Source of the DNA: Candidatus Omnitrophota bacterium
GTDB taxonomy: Bacteria > Omnitrophota > Gorgyraeia > Zapsychrales > Zapsychraceae
DNA length: 64,000 nucleotides
Direction of reading: 5' to 3'
NCBI GenBank assembly: GCA_015233405.1
Contig: JADFXT010000002.1
Location: forward strand, 4,451-68,450
Every line of letters starts with the position of its first letter. Within the stretch, counting starts at the first letter, position 1. Below, piece after piece: positions 1-7,475 of this stretch. Position numbers and translations under genes: made by a program. Under the pieces are notes generated by a model. The model was not told the DNA's origin. It saw nothing but the letters and a program-made list of their open reading frames with translations, and ran no database searches.

Positions 1-213
1 ATGGCTTTTCGTAAGCTAAAAATGTCGATTGTCCGAGAAAATCATGATCTGCATTATGCCGCCCTTTTGTCTGAATTTTCAGACGGGAGAGAGGTCATTG
101 TTAACATTGAGCAAATTGAAAATTTTGTTTCCAAGGTTAAAATAAAGATTGGGCCCCAGGGGGACCAGCAATATTCTGACTTTCTCATGCAGACTATTAT
201 GAAGGAGCTGTAA
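1..213 (+). CDS. 3' end of an unidentified ORF (probably continues upstream of the window)
   Basis: Open frame from base 1 to TAA at 211-213, 1 nt before the next gene. No recognisable motif in the 70 aa. Confidence 0.3.
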   Translation: MAFRKLKMSIVRENHDLHYAALLSEFSDGREVIVNIEQIENFVSKVKIKIGPQGDQQYSDFLMQTIMKEL

Positions 214-214
214 A

Positions 215-583
215 ATGCAGTCTCCGCAATCGATTAATTTCTCCGAACGTCCTTGGGGGTTTTATTTCAAGCTTTTTGAAGAAAAAGGCGTGTGGGTCAA
301 GCGTGTTCAAATCAATCCGCATAGCCGCCTAAGTCTTCAAAAGCATGGACATCGGTCGGAGAAATGGACCATTGTCTCCGGTAAAGGCCTGGCCACTGTT
401 AATGGTACGGAAACGATTGTTCAACCTGGGCACATAATCGATGTCCCTGTTGGCTCTGTCCATCGCATCGCGAACGTAGGAAATGAAAAGCTGGTCTTTA
501 TTGAAGTTGCTTGTGGGGATTATTTGTCTGAGGATGATATTGTCCGTTTAGAAGATGATTATGAGAGAAAGGGCAAAGGGTAA
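215..583 (+). CDS. Cupin-domain protein, type II phosphomannose-isomerase-like (ManC C-terminal domain type)
   Basis: 122 aa. Cupin motifs SLQKHGHRSEKWTIVSG and GSVHRIAN; sits next to wecB. Confidence 0.7.
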   Translation: MQSPQSINFSERPWGFYFKLFEEKGVWVKRVQINPHSRLSLQKHGHRSEKWTIVSGKGLATVNGTETIVQPGHIIDVPVGSVHRIANVGNEKLVFIEVACGDYLSEDDIVRLEDDYERKGKG

Positions 584-594
584 GAGAACAGACC

Positions 595-1704
595 ATGCTC
601 AAAGTGATTCTCATCGCAGGTGCTCGTCCAAATTTCATGAAGGTCTCCGCTTTATATGAGGAAGTTCGAAAATATCCGCGTAAGATAAATCCCATCGTTG
701 TCCATACCGGCCAGCATTTTGACCGTCGGATGTCCCACTTATTTTTTCATGACCTTAATCTTCCTAAGCCCGATTACTATTTAAATGTCGGTTCGCTTTC
801 GCACGCCCAACAAACTGCAAAAGTTTTAGAACGCTTAGAGCCGGTTTTGTTAAAAGAGAATCCGGATATTGTTATTGTCGTTGGAGATGTCAATTCAACC
901 GTGGCCGCGGCTTTATGTGCCTCTAAACTTAACATTCCCGTGGCTCATGTCGAAGCGGGTTTGAGAAGTTTTGACCGGACTATGCCGGAAGAAACAAACA
1001 GGATTTTGACGGATGCTATTAGCGATTATCTTTTTGTGACAGAAGAAGCTGGTGTCAGGAATTTATTAAAGGAGGGCGTTTCGCGTAATAAGATTCACTT
1101 CGTCGGCAATGTCATGATCGATACGCTTAAGGCCCAGCAAAAGAAGGCGGCTGAAAGTTCTATCCTTAAAGAGTTGAGCCTCCAAGAAAAGAAGTATGCC
1201 CTTTTAACGCTTCATCGTCCGAGTAACGTTGACAATAAAGAGTCTTTCTTGAATATTTTAAAAATTCTTGAAACGATCCAGAAAGATATTACGGTTATCT
1301 GGCCAGTCCATCCGAGAACGGACAAGATGATCGATGTTTTTCGTTTAAAGTCAAAGATCTCGCCGCTAAAAAATTTAAAAATGATCCCTGCTTTAGGTTA
1401 TCTTGATTTTTTAAAACTCATGGCTGATGCAAAGTTTGTTTTGACCGATTCTGGCGGAATTCAAGAAGAAACAACCATTCTTAATGTCCCTTGCCTGACG
1501 TTAAGGGAAAATACCGAGCGGCCAGTAACTATTTCAATGGGAACGAATGTCCTTACGGGGCAGAATTACAGGAAAATTATTTCTGAAAGCCGAAATATCC
1601 TTAAAGGGAAAGGGAAGAAGGGGCGTATTCCGCCTTTGTGGGACGGTTTAGCATCTCAAAGAATTATTGCTATTCTTCTTAAAAATTGTAGTCAGCCGCG
1701 GTGA
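595..1704 (+). CDS. wecB: UDP-N-acetylglucosamine 2-epimerase (non-hydrolysing)
   Basis: 369 aa. GARPNFMK, HTGQHFD, HVEAGLRS and DSGGIQEE motifs typical of WecB/MnaA. Confidence 0.9.
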   Translation: MLKVILIAGARPNFMKVSALYEEVRKYPRKINPIVVHTGQHFDRRMSHLFFHDLNLPKPDYYLNVGSLSHAQQTAKVLERLEPVLLKENPDIVIVVGDVNSTVAAALCASKLNIPVAHVEAGLRSFDRTMPEETNRILTDAISDYLFVTEEAGVRNLLKEGVSRNKIHFVGNVMIDTLKAQQKKAAESSILKELSLQEKKYALLTLHRPSNVDNKESFLNILKILETIQKDITVIWPVHPRTDKMIDVFRLKSKISPLKNLKMIPALGYLDFLKLMADAKFVLTDSGGIQEETTILNVPCLTLRENTERPVTISMGTNVLTGQNYRKIISESRNILKGKGKKGRIPPLWDGLASQRIIAILLKNCSQPR

Positions 1705-1806
1705 GGTAGGCAAATATTCATACAATTTGTTGAAAAGAAGCGGCGCAGTGGTAGAATAAATACAAATTCAGACATTTTTTAAAAACTTTTTAATTTTTCT
1801 TTCCCC

Positions 1807-2415
1807 ATGACTAATAACCGCCGTAATCTTGTCCGATATTTTATTAAAAAAGAGTTTCAGCTCAAGATGATTTATCAATTTTGGGCGCTTTTGATTGTCA
1901 GCGCTATCCTTGCCGGGGCGGCTTTGGTCTTTATTGCGGCAAGTGTTCCGGTCAAACAATTTTTACTTTCCAGGTTTTCTATTGATTACGGCAGCAGCCA
2001 AATGCCCTATGGCTTCTTATCTGTAGGATTTATCAGCATTATATTGATCAGCTGTACCGCTTTTGTCATTATTATTTATTATGCCTATCGGGTCGCAGGT
2101 CCGCTTTTTAATATCGAAAAAAATGTGAAGCAAATAGGAGAGAGCGGTGACCTGACAAAAAAGATAAAATTAAGGAATGAAGATGAATCTCAAATCAAAG
2201 ATCTGGCAGAAAGTTTGAATAATATGTTAGAAAATATGGAATCGATGGTGTATCGCATTAAAGTAAGATCTGATCAGTTGGAAAGTGAGCTGGAAAGATT
2301 GTCCGCTTGCCGTGATGGGGAAGAGATCAAGTCTTCGTTGGAAGAAATTCAATCTTCGAAAAAAGACCTCGACCGGGCCATCGAGGCGTTTAAGTTAAAT
2401 AGCCCTAACAAATAA
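1807..2415 (+). CDS. Membrane protein with HAMP-like linker and C-terminal coiled coil
   Basis: 202 aa. Two hydrophobic helices, then a HAMP-like segment (GPLFNIEKNVKQIGESGDLTKKI...DESQIKDLAESLNNMLENM). Confidence 0.55.
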   Translation: MTNNRRNLVRYFIKKEFQLKMIYQFWALLIVSAILAGAALVFIAASVPVKQFLLSRFSIDYGSSQMPYGFLSVGFISIILISCTAFVIIIYYAYRVAGPLFNIEKNVKQIGESGDLTKKIKLRNEDESQIKDLAESLNNMLENMESMVYRIKVRSDQLESELERLSACRDGEEIKSSLEEIQSSKKDLDRAIEAFKLNSPNK

Positions 2416-2527
2416 ATCTTCAAGTCGTGTAAGCTTCCTTCCGTAGAATTAAAAAACAACCACAATATTCATAAAAAAGAAGAGACGAATTTTTCTTATT
2501 TCTTATTGAAATGAGCATAATTACATA

Positions 2528-2587
2528 TTATTATGAGCATATGCTAATAATAACGTTGATATTATTATGAGCATATGCTCATAATAA
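2528..2587 (+). promoter_or_regulatory. Two tandem 26-bp palindromes (candidate operator pair) upstream of the DUF134 gene
   Basis: TTATTATGAGCATATGCTCATAATAA at 2562-2587 is a perfect palindrome. 2528-2553 is the same with one C-to-A change, 34 bp start-to-start. A third ATGAGCATA half-site lies at 2511-2519. The pair ends 27 nt before the ATG at 2614. Confidence 0.6.
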
Positions 2588-2613
2588 AGTATTATTAAGT
2601 AAGGGGGCAAAAT

Positions 2614-3057
2614 ATGAAAAAAGGACGACAAAAAAAGGTCCGTTATGTTCAGGAAATGCCGAAAATTGCCCAGTTTAGCCCTAGGGGCAAGCCCGGAAGG
2701 CCTGATGAGGCTGAGCTTTTGATCGATCAGTTTGAGTCGATTAAGCTCCATGACTACCAGGGCTATGACCAAGATCAAGGCGCTCAAATCATGGGAATTT
2801 CCAGGCCAAGCTTTGGCAGAATTTTGCGCCAAGGCCACAAGATTGTTGCCGATGCCTTGGTTAATGCTAAAACCCTGCGTATTCGTATTGGAGATGTTCA
2901 GGTTGGTGTTCATCAGCATAGTTTGCCTCAAAGGCAGGATATTTCTTCTGGGCGTTCTGCTGAAGCGTCTATTCGTGAGAATATTTTGCAGTTTACTGCG
3001 CGTAGACGTAAATTAAAGGGAGCCAATTCTTCGGTGAATAAGACCGCAAATGTCTAA
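2614..3057 (+). CDS. DUF134 (UPF0251) family predicted DNA-binding protein
   Basis: 147 aa. Family pattern F.P.G....L..D.FE...L.D..G..Q..GA..MGISRP.F.RIL...H.K.VADALVN.K.L.I; SD-like AAGGGGG 7-14 nt upstream. Confidence 0.8.
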   Translation: MKKGRQKKVRYVQEMPKIAQFSPRGKPGRPDEAELLIDQFESIKLHDYQGYDQDQGAQIMGISRPSFGRILRQGHKIVADALVNAKTLRIRIGDVQVGVHQHSLPQRQDISSGRSAEASIRENILQFTARRRKLKGANSSVNKTANV

Positions 3058-3471
3058 AATCTGCTATAAACGGCCTTAGTCTTCCTAAACCACGAACTTC
3101 CTATAATACATCTTATGTTAACTTGTAGATATATGAATATTGTGGTGCAAGCCTTTGCGCTGCAACAAATTAACAAGTGTATTAATTTGGCCTGTGGAAA
3201 TCTCCGTTTAAACTTACTTGCTTTATAATTCAATAATAAAACAAATATCTTCTTTGCCATCCACTGGCAGATATATAATCATGGATAGATGGTTTAGAAT
3301 GCTTTATATTCTTTTATAAAATAAGATTGTTTTTATACAGATGATTGCGGAAGTTTCGAAATGGAAGGTCCTCCCTTCTAAAAATTGTGCCAGGTGAAGG
3401 GAGGTATTCGTGATAATTAGGGGATAGATATATAAAAGTCTTTAAAGAAGAGCGGAATTTAAAATCTTTAT

Positions 3472-3879
3472 TTAGAATTTAATCGTTTCTGGCTGCATAT
3501 CATGAGGAGACATAGCTTCCACATGATTAATGGAAACGACCATAAGTGTAAAATTAGGATCTTGAGGCCCGGCAAAATACATTTTCATGCTTGGGATGTT
3601 GTCCCAAAGAATGGTTTTCTTGTCCAAACTATCTACAATTTTAGCTTTTCCTGATAAGCGGCAGAAGTTCATTCTTCGGTCTACATAACAAAGTTCAACC
3701 ATGGGGTTTTCTTTGATTTGTTTTATAGTCCTAACCCCAGGCAATAAAGCCACTAAAAGTTCTCCATCAGTTGTTAAATAAGGGGACATGGGCCGTATTT
3801 TGGGACAGCCCCCTTCTATTGTTCCTAAAATGCAATATTGGGTGTCTTTGATGATATCGATAACGTCTTGCTTCGTCAT
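3472..3879 (-). CDS. Pyridoxamine 5'-phosphate oxidase-like FMN-binding protein
   Basis: 135 aa. PNPOx/general-stress-26-like layout (CILGTIEGGCPKIRPM ... IKENPMVELCY). Confidence 0.6.
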   Translation of the reverse strand: MTKQDVIDIIKDTQYCILGTIEGGCPKIRPMSPYLTTDGELLVALLPGVRTIKQIKENPMVELCYVDRRMNFCRLSGKAKIVDSLDKKTILWDNIPSMKMYFAGPQDPNFTLMVVSINHVEAMSPHDMQPETIKF

Positions 3880-3893
3880 TGCTCATTCCTCCC

Positions 3894-4700
3894 TTAATTA
3901 ATTTTTTTCATTTTAAATTTATCGGTTCCCATTAAATCTTTATTTTGAACAGCTATAATTTCCGCCATAATGGATACGGCTATTTCTTCAGGCGTTTGGG
4001 CGCCAATATCAATGCCTACGGGCATTTGTAATTTGTGTAAATCGCTTGTGCTGATTTTTAATTTTTTTAAATCCTTTAGGAATTTGAGTTGTTTAATCTG
4101 GCTTGAGATAACGCCAACATAGGCAGCTTGAGATTTTATAACTGCTTTAAGGCATTCGAAATCATGTTCGTGGCCATGGGTGACAATGATAATGTAGGTA
4201 TTTGGATTTACCGGGATTTTACAAAGGTTTTTTATATAATCACCGGAAAAAATGGCATCCGCGTGCCCAAAGCGTTTTTTGTTGGCGAAATCTTTGCGAT
4301 TATCTAAAACGGTAACTTTAAAATTAAGGATTTTAGCTATGGCCGATAAAGGCAGCGCAATATGGCCGCCACCGCAGATAACGATATGGCTTTCTGCCAA
4401 AATAGGCTCAATGAAGACCTTGATATATCCTCCGCAAACGGGTTGTCCTGGTTTGCCGAAATGTTCATAGGTCACGACTTTTGATCTTTTTGTTTTTATG
4501 GCCTTGAGGCATTCCTCCCTTGCTTTTTTTTCGCTGCTTCCCCCTCCGATAGTTCCTAATAAAGAGCCATCTTGAAGGACCACCATTTTAGCGCCTATTT
4601 TTCGTGGAGTGCCTTTTGAGGCTTCAATAATCGTGGCAAAACAGGCCGATTGGCCTGTTTTCACTGCTTGAACAGTTTTGGTAATAAGGTCAGGATCCAT
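3894..4700 (-). CDS. XdhC/CoxI family molybdenum-hydroxylase accessory (Moco insertion) protein
   Basis: 268 aa. XdhC N-domain plus Rossmann-like C-domain (IVICGGGHIALPLS...VTVLDNR...IIIVTHGHEHD). Confidence 0.85.
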   Translation of the reverse strand: MDPDLITKTVQAVKTGQSACFATIIEASKGTPRKIGAKMVVLQDGSLLGTIGGGSSEKKAREECLKAIKTKRSKVVTYEHFGKPGQPVCGGYIKVFIEPILAESHIVICGGGHIALPLSAIAKILNFKVTVLDNRKDFANKKRFGHADAIFSGDYIKNLCKIPVNPNTYIIIVTHGHEHDFECLKAVIKSQAAYVGVISSQIKQLKFLKDLKKLKISTSDLHKLQMPVGIDIGAQTPEEIAVSIMAEIIAVQNKDLMGTDKFKMKKIN

Positions 4701-4754
4701 AAATGCGTGAATTTATTTTGATAAAAAATGCTGTTGTTTTTATAGGCCGGAAAA

Positions 4755-5309
4755 CTATTTTACATAAGCCTTGATGATCTTTTGGTCTTGAAGCGGCTTG
4801 TCTCCGGGGCCTGTTGGGGCATTTTCGATTTTTTGAACAACGTCATATCCACTGATGACTTCTCCAAAAATCGTATGATGCATATTAAGCCACTGAGTTG
4901 CTGCGGTTGTGATGAAAAATTGGCTTCCATTGGTGCTAGGACCTGCATTGGCCATAGCGAGAAGACCTTTTCGGTCAAACTTGATCTGAGATGAGAATTC
5001 GTCGTCAAAAGTCCCTCCCCAAAGGCTTTCTCCTCCCCTGCCTGTTCCTGTCGGGTCTCCGCCTTGAATCATAAAGTTTTTAATGACGCGATGAAAGATG
5101 ATGCCGTTATAGTAACCTTTTTTGATAAGGCCGATCATGTTTTCACAAGCCTTGGGCGCGATATTAGGGAAAAGTTGGATTTCAATGTTTCCTTGATTTG
5201 TTTCAAAGACAATGATGGGTTGAGTTGTTGGCATGCGAGTTTCTCCTTTGGCTAATTGCGGGATTATTAAAAGAAATAAAGTAGTGAACAATAAATATTT
5301 TTTTAACAT
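4755..5309 (-). CDS. Secreted cyclophilin-type peptidyl-prolyl cis-trans isomerase
   Basis: 184 aa. N-terminal signal peptide; FHRVIKNFMIQGGDP and GLLAMANAGPSTNGSQFFIT cyclophilin motifs. Confidence 0.9.
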   Translation of the reverse strand: MLKKYLLFTTLFLLIIPQLAKGETRMPTTQPIIVFETNQGNIEIQLFPNIAPKACENMIGLIKKGYYNGIIFHRVIKNFMIQGGDPTGTGRGGESLWGGTFDDEFSSQIKFDRKGLLAMANAGPSTNGSQFFITTAATQWLNMHHTIFGEVISGYDVVQKIENAPTGPGDKPLQDQKIIKAYVK

Positions 5310-5342
5310 AATTCCCCTTTCTTTTAGAAATGCATGAAGAGA

Positions 5343-6443
5343 TTATAAGATTTTGCCTTCCTCATCGTTTTCGGCGATGTCTGGGTTTAATTTTAAGAAT
5401 CCGTCTTCAGGAAAAACGTATTCAATATCTTTTTTGGTCAATCCTGTTTTCTTTTTAGGAATGAGTGTTTTGGGGTTTTTCTGTGCGTCTTCTTCATGGA
5501 ATTGAATAATTTTATCTTGCGATGATTCTTCTTGAATATCAGGACGAGAATTATCGGCATTCGATTGTCCGATATCAATCGGCACAATGTCCGCTGATGG
5601 CAGAATGGTTCTCGGAGAATCTTGAGTAATATCAATAAGATTTAATTCAGAGAGTTTTATTTCTTCTGATGTTCTTTGAGGGTTGACCTCTGTAAGAATG
5701 ATGTCTTCGGATTTTTCGATTTTAGGCGGACGTTGGGTTTGCTGGTTAATAGGCGAAGCAAAAGAGTTTTGTTGATCTTGTTTTAGCCGTTTTAACAGTT
5801 CTTCCACTTCTTGGTCTTTCTCAAGCAGATTCTTTTCAAGATAGTTCAATCTTTGTTTGAGCTCAGCAATTTGTTCTTTGTATTCCTGGTTTTCTTTAAA
5901 GACAGCGGAAAGACCGTCTTGTGCTTTTTTTGTTTTTTGTTTTGCTGTTTCCAGTTCCTCTGTCAAAAGCGTTTTGACTTTATCAAAATCTTGCCGATTT
6001 CTTAGCTCACTGTTAAGGCCTTGTTCGAGAGTTTCTAAAGTTTTATTTTTTTCTTGGAGAAGCTGATCCATCTTTTTATATTTTTCTTCTGTGGTATTGT
6101 TTGGCAAAGAAAGGCTCTCATCTGCCGGCGCAGTTTTTAAAGAAGCCGTCCCTAGGTTATCTTTGATGGTGGCATCTTTTTCAGAAGAGAAATTCTCTTC
6201 TTGGCTGAGGGTGGATTTCTTTTTCCCAATGTTAAAATTAAACTGGCTTAAAAGAACGTCTATTTCCTGCGCAGATTCTTTCACGACGGGTTTTTTATCT
6301 AATAAGGCCGAAGGTTTTGAGGGTTCAGGAGTTTTTAAGAGGGTTGGAGGTTCTTTTCCTGGGGATTCTTCTTTTTTGAGATTCGCGAAGATAAAACCAA
6401 TGCCTCCAAGAGAAAATATGATAAGAATAAAAAATATGATCAC
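5343..6443 (-). CDS. N-terminally membrane-anchored, low-complexity coiled-coil protein of unknown function
   Basis: 366 aa. One N-terminal TM helix, then K/E/Q-rich heptad-like sequence. No catalytic motif recognised. Confidence 0.5.
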   Translation of the reverse strand: MIIFFILIIFSLGGIGFIFANLKKEESPGKEPPTLLKTPEPSKPSALLDKKPVVKESAQEIDVLLSQFNFNIGKKKSTLSQEENFSSEKDATIKDNLGTASLKTAPADESLSLPNNTTEEKYKKMDQLLQEKNKTLETLEQGLNSELRNRQDFDKVKTLLTEELETAKQKTKKAQDGLSAVFKENQEYKEQIAELKQRLNYLEKNLLEKDQEVEELLKRLKQDQQNSFASPINQQTQRPPKIEKSEDIILTEVNPQRTSEEIKLSELNLIDITQDSPRTILPSADIVPIDIGQSNADNSRPDIQEESSQDKIIQFHEEDAQKNPKTLIPKKKTGLTKKDIEYVFPEDGFLKLNPDIAENDEEGKIL

Positions 6444-6468
6444 AGGACCCTCTTTGGATTAAGTTTGA

Positions 6469-6498
6469 TTGACAAGGCCTTTAAGGCGACGATATAAT
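6469..6498 (+). promoter_or_regulatory. Near-consensus sigma70-type promoter placed for a leaderless mocA-like mRNA
   Basis: TTGACA (6469-6474), 18-nt spacer, TATAAT (6493-6498). ATG at 6506 is only 7 nt past the -10; no SD. Confidence 0.5.
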
Positions 6499-6505
6499 AA
6501 AATTT

Positions 6506-7108
6506 ATGATTTCCTGCATTCTTTTATCTGCCGGGTTAAGTAGCCGCTTTGGTTCCCCCAAGGCATTAGTTTCATTGGACCGTTCGTCTTCTACTGTCCT
6601 GATCGAAGATCTTCAACATCTTTTAATCCAGGTGCCTATTATTGATGAAATCATTGTTGTTCTAGGCGCAGAGCAAGAGAAAATAAAACCGTTCCTATTC
6701 AAACACAATCGAATTAAAGTTGTTTATAATAAAGATTATATTCTTGGTCAGACATCTTCTTTTAAAAAAGGATTGGAATATTTAAGCCCATCTTCCGACG
6801 GTATTATGTTGTTTCCAGTGGATTATCCGTTTATCCGGCAAGAAACCCTTCTTCAATTATGCGCATTATTTATGGAACAGAAGCCAGACATTCTTATCCC
6901 GACCTATCATGGCCAAAAAGGGCACCCGCCGATTTTTTCGATAAAATTAAAAGAAGAATTCCTTGGGTTGCCAAATGATGCTGGGATCAATATGTTAATC
7001 CATTCCTATTCCGGGCCAACAAGATTTGTGCCTGTTGAAGATGCTGGCATTATTAAAACATTTAATACCCCAGAAGAATTGGAAAAAATAAAAGGCCCTA
7101 ATTTTTAA
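6506..7108 (+). CDS. mocA: MobA-like nucleotidyltransferase, probable molybdenum cofactor cytidylyltransferase
   Basis: 200 aa. N-terminal LLSAGLSSRFG.PKAL motif of the NTP_transf_3/MobA/MocA family; lies beside XdhC and a molybdenum hydroxylase. Confidence 0.75.
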   Translation: MISCILLSAGLSSRFGSPKALVSLDRSSSTVLIEDLQHLLIQVPIIDEIIVVLGAEQEKIKPFLFKHNRIKVVYNKDYILGQTSSFKKGLEYLSPSSDGIMLFPVDYPFIRQETLLQLCALFMEQKPDILIPTYHGQKGHPPIFSIKLKEEFLGLPNDAGINMLIHSYSGPTRFVPVEDAGIIKTFNTPEELEKIKGPNF

Positions 7109-7475
7109 AGACAACAACAGCCGCTGTAAAGTTTGCGCGGATATACGCATTGCCGATCAATTTCTGGGCTGGCAATTTTTTCCATTCACCTGTCGCATCG
7201 GTTCGGATATCAGTAATGGCATCCCCGCCCAAGATCGCTGCCTCTCTTTTTATTTTATCTAGGACATCTTCAATGGTGTGTCGGCGTTCTGTGTTGACGG
7301 TGACATATCCGATGATTTCATGAGGTTCCGTCACGGTTTCTAAATAGACCACGTCACTTGCGGATTTCTTCGACGGATAATAATTGGTCGTGACATCCGC
7401 GGAATCCACATGGTAAAGGCTACAGGCGGAAGCCAGGAAAACAAGAGAAATTAAGGTGAGAAGTTTTTTTGTCAT
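7098..7475 (-). CDS. Small lipoprotein of unknown function
   Basis: 125 aa. Signal peptide with lipobox (LVFLASAC). Confidence 0.55.
   Translation of the reverse strand: MTKKLLTLISLVFLASACSLYHVDSADVTTNYYPSKKSASDVVYLETVTEPHEIIGYVTVNTERRHTIEDVLDKIKREAAILGGDAITDIRTDATGEWKKLPAQKLIGNAYIRANFTAAVVVFKN

Noticed and set aside
2521-3016. ORFs 2521-2931 (minus) and 2732-3016 (plus) overlapping the DUF134 gene.
   Set aside because: The DUF134 frame carries the family motif and an SD. The others are overlapping shadows, and one starts inside the palindromes.
3054-3260. 68-aa ORF in the long convergent spacer.
   Set aside because: It has no SD and an odd composition, and it overlaps the stop of the DUF134 gene on the opposite strand. 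It is probably non-coding.
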